From an uncultured Chloroflexia bacterium (GTDB lineage Bacteria; Chloroflexota; Limnocylindria; Limnocylindrales; CSP1-4), in NCBI GenBank assembly GCA_963748625.1, contig CAVVJT010000004.1, positions 96,001 to 160,000 of the forward strand: a stretch of 64,000 nucleotides of DNA, in the 5' to 3' direction. Positions within the stretch are counted from its first letter, which is position 1. Each line of letters begins with the position of its first letter. A program made the translations under genes and the position numbers. Of the stretch, positions 20,523 through 29,489 are shown in pieces. The notes below the pieces were generated by a model. The model had not been told where the DNA came from. It was given only the letters and a program-made list of their open reading frames with translations, and searched no databases.

Positions 20523-21550
20523 GAACCGGCCTCCCCGTGGCCCTGTGGCATGCGTGGCATCGGCAGCCCGTCGCCGCGCCGCGGACGAGGCGCCCGGCGC
20601 GGCGGGGATGTCGCCGTGCCGGCGCTGCCGCTGGGTCCTCCCGCCTCGGGGACAGGCACCTCGATCCCGATCCTGGCCAGCGCCCTGGACGCGCTGACCA
20701 CCTCGTCGCCGATCCCGAGGTCGTCGGCGGCCAGCCCGAACGCAAGACCCATCAGCTGGGTGAAGAACAGGATCGGCATCGCGAAGTCGGTATGGAAGCG
20801 GTGGTTGACCTCTCCCTGGTACAGGTCGATGTTCATCTGGCACATCGGGCAGATCGTGGCCATGATGTCCGCGTCGAGGCGCACTGCGCAGTCGAGCAGG
20901 CGCCGGATCATCTCGAGGCCCATGCCCGGCGAGATCTGCGAGAGGTGGCCGCCGCAGCAGTCGGTCCGCATCGGGTAGTCCACGACCTCGGCGCCGAGCG
21001 CCTCGAGCAGGCGGTCGAACGCGACCGGGTGCTCACGCTCCTTCCAGCGCTTCTCCGGGTCGGGCCGGGTCACCAGGCAGCCCAGGTACGGCACGACGCG
21101 CAGGCCGTGCAGCGGCCGGGTCACCTGGGCGTGGACCGCCTCGGCACCCACGTCGGCGACGATCACCTCGAACAGGTGGCGGACCTCGACGGAGCCCGGC
21201 GCGTAGGCGAGGCCACCCGCGTCGAGCGCCGTGTTCACCCGCTCGGCGAGCGCCGGATCCTCCTTGAGGTAGTGGTTCGTCTTGGCGAGGTTCACGTAGC
21301 ACTGGCTGCACGGCGCCACCAGCGTCCTCGTGCCGTTGGCGTCGCGCTGCGCAAGGGCCAGGTTGCGCGCGACGAGGGCATGGCCGCGGAGGGAGCCGAT
21401 GCTGAAGTACTCCCCGGCGCCGCAGCAGTTCCAGTCGTCGATCTCGTGGAGGCCGATCCCCAGCCTCGCCGCCACTGCGGCCAGTGACGTCGCGTAGCCC
21501 TTGGCCGTCCCGTCCATGGAGCAGCCGGGGTAGTAGAGCAGCTCGCTCAC
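20519..21550 (-). CDS. hdrB: Heterodisulfide reductase subunit B
   Basis: Two CCG domains: YYPGC..WNCCG..PCSQC and YLGC..DCCG..CPMC; FFTQLMGLA. Confidence 0.95.
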   Translation of the reverse strand: MSELLYYPGCSMDGTAKGYATSLAAVAARLGIGLHEIDDWNCCGAGEYFSIGSLRGHALVARNLALAQRDANGTRTLVAPCSQCYVNLAKTNHYLKEDPALAERVNTALDAGGLAYAPGSVEVRHLFEVIVADVGAEAVHAQVTRPLHGLRVVPYLGCLVTRPDPEKRWKEREHPVAFDRLLEALGAEVVDYPMRTDCCGGHLSQISPGMGLEMIRRLLDCAVRLDADIMATICPMCQMNIDLYQGEVNHRFHTDFAMPILFFTQLMGLAFGLAADDLGIGDEVVSASRALARIGIEVPVPEAGGPSGSAGTATSPPRRAPRPRRGDGLPMPRMPQGHGEAGS

Positions 21551-22134
21551 GACGTGCCCTCCAGCTCCTCCGCCCGGTCGAGGATCGCCTGCAGGCCCCT
21601 GACGTCCCGGATCCGGTGCGGACGCAGCTCCATCCGGCCGCTCGCGAGCATGCTCATGCCAGCCGAGGCCATGCCTGGGATGCGGGCCGGGAAATGGCGC
21701 ATGTAGTGCTTCGCCACCAGTCCGATCTCGAAGCTGCGCCCGTAGCGCCACACGTTCGCCACGAAGGTCCGGGCGAAGGCCGGGGCGGCCGAGTTGTGCG
21801 ACCGGCCCTCGCGCCCGGCGATGCTCTTGATGGCGTACATGACGTCCGGGATGTGCACCTCCTGGGGGCACCGGACGGCGCAGTAGTAGCAGGACACGCA
21901 CATCCACGGCGTGTTGCTGGCCAGCACGGCGCCGCGCATGCCGGCGCGGGCCATCGCGAACAACTGGCGGGGCGTGTGGTCCATGTCCGCGGCCGAGGGG
22001 CACGAGCCCCCGCAGGTCCCGCACTGGATACACATCTGCAGGCGGGTGTCGCCGGCCGACGCCGCGATCACCTCCGCGAGGAACCCGTGGTCCATGGGCA
22101 ACTTGGTGCCCAGCTCGCCCGCTGTGACTGCCAT
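21547..22134 (-). CDS. hdrC: Heterodisulfide reductase subunit C
   Basis: CIQCGTCGGSCP and WMCVSCYYCAVRCP; GGGAGG RBS. Confidence 0.93.
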   Translation of the reverse strand: MAVTAGELGTKLPMDHGFLAEVIAASAGDTRLQMCIQCGTCGGSCPSAADMDHTPRQLFAMARAGMRGAVLASNTPWMCVSCYYCAVRCPQEVHIPDVMYAIKSIAGREGRSHNSAAPAFARTFVANVWRYGRSFEIGLVAKHYMRHFPARIPGMASAGMSMLASGRMELRPHRIRDVRGLQAILDRAEELEGTS

Positions 22135-22416
22135 GCCGATCCTGCCTCCCGCGGACGAGACTCGTCGAGGCCGGTACCGGTCGGGGCATCGGTGACGAGC
22201 CCGTAACTGGCGCTCGGTGATCGGGCCGGGGGGCCGGGGCGACGGCGATGGACCGGGACGGTCGGGCGGATCCGGCCGCAGCCCAAGTGAACGGGCTACG
22301 GTGGGCTGCTGCCAAGTGCCGATCCGCACGCCCGAGGGCGCCGGATAGCAGCCAACCGTGCGCCGCGGGGCAGTTGCGTCCGACGCGCGGGCCGCTCAGC
22401 CTCCGGCACGGATGGA

Positions 22417-23706
22417 TCAGCCGTGCTTGTGGCTCGCCTCCGCGCGGGCGAGATCACGGGCGAGGTCGGCAAGGGGGACCACCTTCTGGGTCCCGGCGAG
22501 CAGGTCGCGCAGCTGGACATCCCCCTGGGCGAGCTCGTCGCCCAGGATCACCGCGAAGTGCGCCCCGTCCTTGCCCGCGCCTTCCAGCTGCCGGCCGAGC
22601 TTGCGGCGAGCCAGGTCCGCTCGGACGCGCAGGCCTGCTGCCCGCAGGTCCGTGGCCACCTTGAGACGGCCGACGGTGTCCGCCGGGTCCGCCCCCACGA
22701 CCACCGCGAGCGGACCCTCCGCCGGCGGCGCCTCGCCTCCGGCCTGCTCTGCAAGCACCAGGGCGACACGGTCGAGCCCCAGACCGAACCCGATGCCGGG
22801 CGTGGGCTTGCCCCCCAGGAGCGCCACGAGCCCGTCGTAGCGGCCACCGCCGCCCAACGCCTGCTGCTGGCCCTCGCGACCGGCAACGTAGAACTCGAAC
22901 GCGGTACGGGTGTAGTAGTCGAGGCCGCGGACGAGGCCAGGCTCCACGCGGTACGGGACACCCAGGGCCGAGAGGTGCGCCTTGACGCTCTCGAAATGCG
23001 CCGCGCACGCCTCGCAGAGGTTGTCGGTGATGCGCGGCGCGGCGGCGTTGAGGTCGGCCATCGCCGGGTCCTTGGAGTCCAGCAGGCGCAGTGCGTTGCG
23101 CTCGAGCCGGTCCAGCTCGGTCGGCGGGAGCCTGTCGATGTGGGCGCGGTAGTACCCCACGAGCACCCCGATGTACGCAGGCCGGCACGCAGGATCACCG
23201 ATGGAGTTGACCAGCACCTCGACGCCCTGGACGCCCACCTCCGTGTAGAAGCGGTGGCCCAGCTCGATGATCTCGGCATCGATCGCAGGTCCGGGATCCC
23301 CGATCGCTTCGACGTCGAACTGCCAGAACTGGCGGTAGCGTCCAGCCTGCGGCCGGTCGTAGCGGAACATCGGGCCCGTCGTGGTGAGCTTCACCGGCTG
23401 CGGCCACGTCTGCATCCCGTGCTGGACATAGGCCCGGACGATGCCTGCCGTGGGCTCCGGGCGCAGGGCCCAGGCCTCCGCCTCCTCGGTGCGCGGCGCG
23501 ATCCTGAACAGCTCCTTCTCGACCACGTCGGTGACCTCGCCGATCCCCCGCTCGAAGACGGACGCCTGCTCGAAGAGGGGCGTCTCGATGCCCCGGTAGC
23601 CGTACCGGGCGGTCAGCGAGGCGGCGGTGCGCTGAAGACGGTCGAAGACCGCACGATCGTCGGGAAGGAGGTCACGGGTGCCCCGGGGGGCGCGGAAGGT
23701 CGGCAT
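22417..23706 (-). CDS. hisS: Histidine--tRNA ligase
   Basis: APRGTRD, LRPEPTA, FRYDRPQAGRYRQF, LVRGLDYY, GGGRYDGL. Confidence 0.97.
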   Translation of the reverse strand: MPTFRAPRGTRDLLPDDRAVFDRLQRTAASLTARYGYRGIETPLFEQASVFERGIGEVTDVVEKELFRIAPRTEEAEAWALRPEPTAGIVRAYVQHGMQTWPQPVKLTTTGPMFRYDRPQAGRYRQFWQFDVEAIGDPGPAIDAEIIELGHRFYTEVGVQGVEVLVNSIGDPACRPAYIGVLVGYYRAHIDRLPPTELDRLERNALRLLDSKDPAMADLNAAAPRITDNLCEACAAHFESVKAHLSALGVPYRVEPGLVRGLDYYTRTAFEFYVAGREGQQQALGGGGRYDGLVALLGGKPTPGIGFGLGLDRVALVLAEQAGGEAPPAEGPLAVVVGADPADTVGRLKVATDLRAAGLRVRADLARRKLGRQLEGAGKDGAHFAVILGDELAQGDVQLRDLLAGTQKVVPLADLARDLARAEASHKHG

Positions 23707-23766
23707 CGGCGCCAAGGATAGCCGGGCGGCCCTTCGTGCGGCGGACCCTGGCCCCTGCGGCCGAGA

Positions 23767-24117
23767 TCACACCGGGTGCATCAGCCAGACGAACCCGATC
23801 GCCACGACGGCGATCACCATCGCCACCAGCGTCGCCACCAGCACGGACGTGCCGGCGGGCCTGAACGACGCATCGTCGATCCGCCGTGTGCCCACCCGGT
23901 AGCGATGGAGGCCCACCCCGACGGTGAACGCGCCCATCGCGATCACCGCGGTGGACAGCAGGCCCACGACCGGGATGCCGGGCACCACGTCGGGGTCCAG
24001 GAACTGCGCGGCCGCGAGTCCGAGGGCGATCAGCGTGATGCCAGTGCGGAGCCAGGCCAGGTACGTCCGCTCGTTGGCGAGGTGGGTGCGCGCCCGGGAG
24101 TCGGCATCGATCTCCAT
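23767..24117 (-). CDS. YidH/DUF202 family membrane protein
   Basis: RTHLANERTYLAWLRT signature and three TM segments. Confidence 0.92.
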   Translation of the reverse strand: MEIDADSRARTHLANERTYLAWLRTGITLIALGLAAAQFLDPDVVPGIPVVGLLSTAVIAMGAFTVGVGLHRYRVGTRRIDDASFRPAGTSVLVATLVAMVIAVVAIGFVWLMHPV

Positions 24118-24161
24118 GGCGACAGGATATGCCCTCGGGCGCGGGCGCCAGGACAGACCCT

Positions 24162-24194
24162 AACGTTTACGTGAGCGGTAAGGTTTGGTAGGCT
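24162..24194 (+). promoter_or_regulatory. Putative MerR-type operator and -10 element of merR-MFS
   Basis: Imperfect palindrome AACGTTTAC-GTGAGC-GGTAAGGTT, then TAGGCT 6 nt before the GTG start. Confidence 0.6.
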
Positions 24195-24200
24195 TCCCCG

Positions 24201-24710
24201 GTGCACTCTGAAACCACCGCTCCTGGCGCCGGGCGTCTCCTGCGTATCCAGGAGGCCGCCTTCGAGACCGGCCTGACGCCGCGTTCGATCCGCTACTACG
24301 AGGAGCTGGGTCTCCTCTCCCCTGCCGCACGCTCGGACGGCGCCTACCGGCTGTACGACCCGGATGATCTGGAGCGCCTGCGCTTCATCCGCGGCCTCCG
24401 TGATGACGCCGGGTTCTCCCTCGCCGAGATCGGCGAGCTCCTGGGTGACGAGCAGGCACGGGCCCGCAACCGGGCGCTGTTCGAGGTGGCCCACAGCAAC
24501 ACGGAGCGTCTGCCGATCGTGCTCGACGCGCTCGAGCGGGTCGGACGCCAGGTCGCCACCCTCCAGCGCAAGATCGCCCGGCTCGATCTGATGGTGACCG
24601 ACGCCGAGGCGCGCAGGGCCCATCTGCAGGCCCATCTCGACGATATCGAGGCGGGGCGCGAGCCCTCGCACCAGCATGCCGACTCCGCCACGGCGAGGAC
24701 CACCCCGTGA
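24201..24710 (+). CDS. MerR family transcriptional regulator
   Basis: LRIQEAAFETGLTPRSIRYYEELGLLSP..RSDGAYRLY, GFSLAEI, coiled coil. Confidence 0.95.
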   Translation: MHSETTAPGAGRLLRIQEAAFETGLTPRSIRYYEELGLLSPAARSDGAYRLYDPDDLERLRFIRGLRDDAGFSLAEIGELLGDEQARARNRALFEVAHSNTERLPIVLDALERVGRQVATLQRKIARLDLMVTDAEARRAHLQAHLDDIEAGREPSHQHADSATARTTP

Positions 24711-26113
24711 CGAACAGCCCGGCCCGCATCCCGCGCGCCACTAGCGCCGGCTCAGGCTCGGCGGCGGGCTCGGGCTCGGGCCCGGGCTCCCGCCTTGCGG
24801 CCGGCGGGCGTGCGTTCCGGCACCGCAACTACCGCCTCTTCTTCGGCGGCCAGCTCGTGTCGCTCATCGGCACGTGGATGCAGCAGGTCGCCCAGGCCTG
24901 GCTGGTGCTGCAGCTCACGCACGACCCACTCGTCCTGGGCATGGTCACCGCGCTCGCCTTCCTGCCGGTGCTGGTGCTCGGCCTGTTCGGCGGACTCATC
25001 GCGGACTCGCTGCCCAAGCGCCGCACGCTGATCGCCACGCAGGCGGTCCAGATGACGCTTGCCTTCATCCTGTTCGGCCTGGTCGTGACGGACACCGTGC
25101 AGGTCTGGATGATCATGGTCCTCGCCCTGTGCCTGGGCGTCACGAACGCCGTGGACATGCCGACCCGCCAGGCGTTCACGGTGGAGATGGTCGGTCGCGA
25201 GGATGTGCCCAACGCGATCGCGCTCAACTCCGCCATCTTCAACGGAGCGAGGATCATCGGACCGGCGGTCGCGGGGCTGACCATCGGCTTCTTCGGCGGC
25301 GATGTCGCCATCGCCTTCCTGCTCAACGGCCTGAGCTTCGCCGCCGTGATCGGGGCCTATGCACTGATGCGGGAGGACCAGCTCTCCACACCGCCGGTCA
25401 TCGCCCGGGCCCGGAGCGTCGCGGAGGTCCGCGGCCAGCTCGCCGAGGGAATCCGCTACGTCGGCCGGACCGACATGGTGCTCCTGGTGGTGGTGACGGT
25501 CGGAGTCGTGTCCACGTTCGCGATGAACTTCGGCGTGATGATCCCGGCCCTCGCGGACCAGGTGCTCAACACCGACGCCACAGGCTTCGGCTTCCTCATG
25601 ACGGCGACCGGGATCGGGTCGCTGGTGGCCGCCCTCGGGATCGCCTTCTCGGGGCGCTCACGGCCGGCCTTCGTGCCGCTCGGTGCGCTGGTCCTGGGCG
25701 TCTCGCTGGTCGCGGCATCGGCCACCCAGGCCTACGGTCCCTCGCTGCTCGCCATGGTGTTCGTGGGGATGGGCGCCATTGGCATGGCGGCCACCGCCAA
25801 CACGGTGGTCCAGATGGCTGTGCCCGACGAGCTGCGCGGGCGTGTCGTGAGCGTCTACACGACGGTGTTCGTCGGCTCGACCCCGCTGGGCGGCCTGCTC
25901 ATCGGGTGGCTGGCCAGCTCGTTCGGCGTGGACACGTCCCTGCTGGTCGCGGGTGTCGCCTCCCTGGTCATGGGTTCGATCAGCCTCCTGTGGATGCGCC
26001 GGATCCGCGGCGCACGCTTCCTCGCCCCTGCGACCACGGCGCCACGCCCTGCGCCCACGGCGCCACGCCCTGAGCCCCACAGCGCGCCCGAGGCCCCCTC
26101 GCCCACCCCCTGA
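24707..26113 (+). CDS. MFS transporter (DHA3/MFS_3 type)
   Basis: AFRHRNYRLFFGGQLVSLIGTWMQ, about 12 TM segments, DELRGRVVSVY; GTGA coupling to merR. Confidence 0.93.
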   Translation: MTNSPARIPRATSAGSGSAAGSGSGPGSRLAAGGRAFRHRNYRLFFGGQLVSLIGTWMQQVAQAWLVLQLTHDPLVLGMVTALAFLPVLVLGLFGGLIADSLPKRRTLIATQAVQMTLAFILFGLVVTDTVQVWMIMVLALCLGVTNAVDMPTRQAFTVEMVGREDVPNAIALNSAIFNGARIIGPAVAGLTIGFFGGDVAIAFLLNGLSFAAVIGAYALMREDQLSTPPVIARARSVAEVRGQLAEGIRYVGRTDMVLLVVVTVGVVSTFAMNFGVMIPALADQVLNTDATGFGFLMTATGIGSLVAALGIAFSGRSRPAFVPLGALVLGVSLVAASATQAYGPSLLAMVFVGMGAIGMAATANTVVQMAVPDELRGRVVSVYTTVFVGSTPLGGLLIGWLASSFGVDTSLLVAGVASLVMGSISLLWMRRIRGARFLAPATTAPRPAPTAPRPEPHSAPEAPSPTP

Positions 26114-26255
26114 CCATGCGACCGGGGTCGGGTGGTCCGCCGTCCCCCAGCCAGGGGGCGTTGCAGACCCTGGCGTGCAGAACTCAGCCCCCAAGTTGTC
26201 GAATCAGCGGGTGAGCCACACGGGAACGGCACCGACTTCCCCCATACCTGGGGTG

Positions 26256-26365
26256 CGGCGGGCGCTGGGGGATCGGCGGGCGCTGGGGGATCGGCGGGCG
26301 CCTTGGATCGCGAGGCGCTGGGCCGACCGAGGCCGGACAGCGCGCCGGGCCGACCGAGGCCGGAC
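26256..26365. repeat. Short tandem/direct repeats in a convergent intergenic region (18-bp unit x about 3; 19-bp core x2 at a 27-bp period)
   Basis: cggcgggcgctgggggat at 26256, 26274 and degenerate at 26292; gggccgaccgaggccggac at 26320 and 26347. Confidence 0.8.
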
Positions 26366-26399
26366 CCCGCGCCGGACCCGTGCGTGGAGGGCGCGGGTC

Positions 26400-28715
26400 C
26401 TAGGACAACTCGCGCTGGACGTTCAGGACGTCCTTGAGCTGCTCCACCCGGCCCATCACCTTCGCCAGCTGCGCCACGGAGGCCACCTGGATCGTCATGG
26501 TGACCGCGGCACTGTGGTCCGGGTTGACCCCGACGTTGGCGGCCAGGATGTTGACCTTGTTCTCGGCCATGACCTGGGTGATGTCGGACAGCAGCCCCGT
26601 CCGGTCGTAGGCCTCCACGCGGATGGCGATCGGGTAGGTCTGGGCTGGGGCGCTCTCCCACTCAGTGTCGATCAGGCGTGACAGCTCGCGCTCATGGAGG
26701 ACGGTGGGGCAGCTGCGCAGGTGGACGGTGATGCCCTTGCCGCGCGTGATGAAGCCCTGGATCGGATCGCCCGGGATGGGGTGGCAGCACTTCGCGAAGC
26801 GGACGAGGAGGTCCCCCACCCCCTTGACCCGGACGCCGCCGGTGCGGGCCGGCTGTTGGGGCGCCACGGTGGGCAGCGCAGCATGGCCGTCGTCCATGAC
26901 CCCCAGGCGGATGACCACCTGCTGGGCGTTGATGGCCCCGTAGCCGATGGCCGCGAAGAGGTCGTCAATCCCTTCGTGCTGGTAGCCCCTGGCGATCTCG
27001 AGGATCTTGTCCAGGCCCACCGTCTGGATGTTGGTGCGCGCCAGGCGGCGGAGCTCGCGCTCGAGCGACTCGCGGCCGTGGACGATGTTCTCCGCGCGGT
27101 CCTTCTTCTTGAACCACTGGCGGATCTTCTCCCGCGCATGGGAGGTGCGGACCAGGTTCAGCCAGTCGCGTGACGGGCCATGCTCGCCCTTGGTGGTGAC
27201 GATCTCCACGATGTCGCCGTTCTTGAGCCGGTAGTCGAGCGGGACGAGGCGGTTGTTGACCTTGGCGCCGATCGTCCGGTGGCCGATGTCCGTGTGGATC
27301 CGGTAGGCGAAGTCGAGTGGCGTGGAGCCCGCGGGCAGGTCCTTGACGTCGCCGCGTGGCGTGAACACGAAGACCTGGTCCTGGAAGATGTCGAGCTTGA
27401 TGCCCTCGACGAACTCGGTGGCATCGGAGTCACTGACGTCGCGCTGCCACTCCATGAGCTGGCGCAGCCAGGCGAGCTTGGCGTCGTAGTCGCGCTCCGC
27501 CTTGGAGCCTTCCTTGTAGCGCCAGTGCGCCGCGATACCCACCTCGCTGACCTGGTGCATCGCGTGGGTCCGGATCTGGATCTCGAGCGGCTTGCCGTCA
27601 AGCGCGATGACCGCGGTGTGGAGGCTCTGGTAGAGGTTGTTCTTGGGGACCGCGATGTAATCGTCGAACTGGCCAGGGATGGGGCGCCACAGCGCGTGCA
27701 CGAGCCCGAGCGCCGCGTAGCAGTCGCGGATCTCGTCCACCAGGAGGCGGATGGCGTAGACGTCATAGATCTCGCCGAACTCCGCGCCCTTGCGCTGCAT
27801 CTTCTTGTAGATGGAGTAGATGTGCTTGGGCCGGCCCTGGAGCTCGGCCACGACGCCGGCCTCCTCCAGCCGCGGGCGCAACTCCTCGATCGCGCGCTCG
27901 ATGTAGCTCTCGCGGCCCTTGCGCCGCGTGTCGAGGAGCTTCGCGAGCTCCCGGAAGGCCTCGGGCTCGAGGGCTTTGAAGGAGAGGTCCTCCAGCTCCC
28001 ACTTGATCTGCCAGATCCCGAGGCGCTCGGCGAGCGGGGCGTAGATCTCCATGGTCTGGCGGGCGATGCGCTGCTGCTTCTCAGGCTTGAGGGCGCCCAG
28101 CGTGCGCATGTTGTGAAGCCGGTCGGCGAGCTTGATGAGCACGACGCGGATGTCGTCGGCCATCGCAAGGAACATCTTGCGGATGTTCTCGGCCTGCTGC
28201 TGCTCGTGGCTGTGCGTGGAGAACTTGGAGAGCTTGGTGACACCGTCCACCATGTGCGCGATCTCGGGCCCGAAGCCCTCCTCGACGTCGGCGAGGCTGT
28301 ACTCCGTGTCCTCCGGGACGTCGTGGAGGAGCGCGGCCGCGACGGCGATCGGGTCGATCCCGAGCTCGGCCAGGATCTGGGCACTCGCGATGGGGTGTGT
28401 GACGTAGGGCTCGCCCGACGCCCGGACCTGCGAGCTGTGCGCCTCCACCGCAAGGTCGAACGCCTTCTCCACGATGGCGATATCCGCCTGGGGGTGGGCG
28501 GTCCGAACGCTGGCGATGAGGCGCCGGCGCATCGCCGGCAGGTCGGTGTGGTCCCGGTGCACGTGCTTGGGGACGGGTGCCGTTGCCTCCACCAGGGATT
28601 CCGCGGCTTCCGCGGCCGCCGGGCGGCCGGTGGCGCCCCGCGCACCACCGCTCTTCCGACCCCCGGGGGGTGGGTCGAGCGGGATCTCCGGGTCGCGGAC
28701 GACAGGTTGGGGCAT
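26400..28715 (-). CDS. relA: Bifunctional (p)ppGpp synthetase/hydrolase Rel
   Basis: RASGEPYVTHP, LLHDVPED, IKLADRLHNMRT, GRPKHIYSIYKK, YQSLHT, TGS, KCCHP and ACT domains. Confidence 0.97.
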   Translation of the reverse strand: MPQPVVRDPEIPLDPPPGGRKSGGARGATGRPAAAEAAESLVEATAPVPKHVHRDHTDLPAMRRRLIASVRTAHPQADIAIVEKAFDLAVEAHSSQVRASGEPYVTHPIASAQILAELGIDPIAVAAALLHDVPEDTEYSLADVEEGFGPEIAHMVDGVTKLSKFSTHSHEQQQAENIRKMFLAMADDIRVVLIKLADRLHNMRTLGALKPEKQQRIARQTMEIYAPLAERLGIWQIKWELEDLSFKALEPEAFRELAKLLDTRRKGRESYIERAIEELRPRLEEAGVVAELQGRPKHIYSIYKKMQRKGAEFGEIYDVYAIRLLVDEIRDCYAALGLVHALWRPIPGQFDDYIAVPKNNLYQSLHTAVIALDGKPLEIQIRTHAMHQVSEVGIAAHWRYKEGSKAERDYDAKLAWLRQLMEWQRDVSDSDATEFVEGIKLDIFQDQVFVFTPRGDVKDLPAGSTPLDFAYRIHTDIGHRTIGAKVNNRLVPLDYRLKNGDIVEIVTTKGEHGPSRDWLNLVRTSHAREKIRQWFKKKDRAENIVHGRESLERELRRLARTNIQTVGLDKILEIARGYQHEGIDDLFAAIGYGAINAQQVVIRLGVMDDGHAALPTVAPQQPARTGGVRVKGVGDLLVRFAKCCHPIPGDPIQGFITRGKGITVHLRSCPTVLHERELSRLIDTEWESAPAQTYPIAIRVEAYDRTGLLSDITQVMAENKVNILAANVGVNPDHSAAVTMTIQVASVAQLAKVMGRVEQLKDVLNVQRELS

Positions 28716-28772
28716 GGCGGGCAGTCTACAAGGTGCGTGCGCCGCCGAGGTTCGGCCCGTTCGAAGGCGGCG

Positions 28773-29486
28773 TCAGCCGAGCAGGCCCACGGCCAGCACG
28801 CCCTCGATGCGCAGACCCCCGGTGTCGGTGACCCGTGCGCGGGAGATCTCCATGGGCAGATCGTCCCCGCCGCGGAGCATGACCACCTCGGTGCCCTCGC
28901 CCGGACCGCTGGTGATGGCGACCACCAGGTCGCCCGCGTCGGCGGTGAACCGTCCCTTCATCGTCTCGCCGCCGGCCCTGACCGTCAGCCTGTCAGGCGC
29001 CGTGAGGGTGACCGATGTCGGGCGGGTGCCCGTCCTGAGCTCGATCGCGTCGGCGATGAGCGCCTCGGCGTCGGCCTTGGACATGGTCGTGCCCACCGTC
29101 AGCCGCTCACCGCCTCCGCCCAGGGTGACGGAGCGCAGCCGGGCACCCCCGGTCTCCGCGGGCAGCGTCACGTCGGTGAGCGTGCCCTCCACCGAGCCTG
29201 CCGTCCGGTCCAGGACGTCCACGTCCTCGAGCGCGATGTCGAGCGAGCCGATGCGGATCCCGCGGAACGTGGCATCGGTGGCGTGCACCACGACCCGGTC
29301 GGCCGTTCCGGTGAGCAGGTCCGTGGGCGGATCTGCATGGACGCTGACGGTCGTGTCGTCGGCCTGGAGTCCCGCCGCGGTGAGTCCGGCGGTGACCAGC
29401 CCCGACGCGACCGCCGGGAGCCCGAGGAACACCACGAGCGTGATGACCACCGCGGCCAGCGCGAGCGTGAACAGGCAGCCGCGCAC
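28773..29486 (-). CDS. DUF2993/LmeA-like membrane-anchored protein
   Basis: N-terminal TM helix, P..DLLTG.ADRVVV pattern, C-terminal ARVTDTGGLRIEG; follows murE directly. Confidence 0.6.
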   Translation of the reverse strand: MRGCLFTLALAAVVITLVVFLGLPAVASGLVTAGLTAAGLQADDTTVSVHADPPTDLLTGTADRVVVHATDATFRGIRIGSLDIALEDVDVLDRTAGSVEGTLTDVTLPAETGGARLRSVTLGGGGERLTVGTTMSKADAEALIADAIELRTGTRPTSVTLTAPDRLTVRAGGETMKGRFTADAGDLVVAITSGPGEGTEVVMLRGGDDLPMEISRARVTDTGGLRIEGVLAVGLLG

Positions 29487-29489
29487 GCC

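Noticed and set aside
15336-22134. Selenocysteine recoding in the Hdr/Mvh subunits
   Set aside because: All relevant positions are Cys codons. The TGAs are terminal and overlap the next start codon.
26113-26255. Possible small ORF or element between the MFS gene and relA
   Set aside because: The ORFs are low-complexity with no RBS, and the inverted repeats are too imperfect to support a call.
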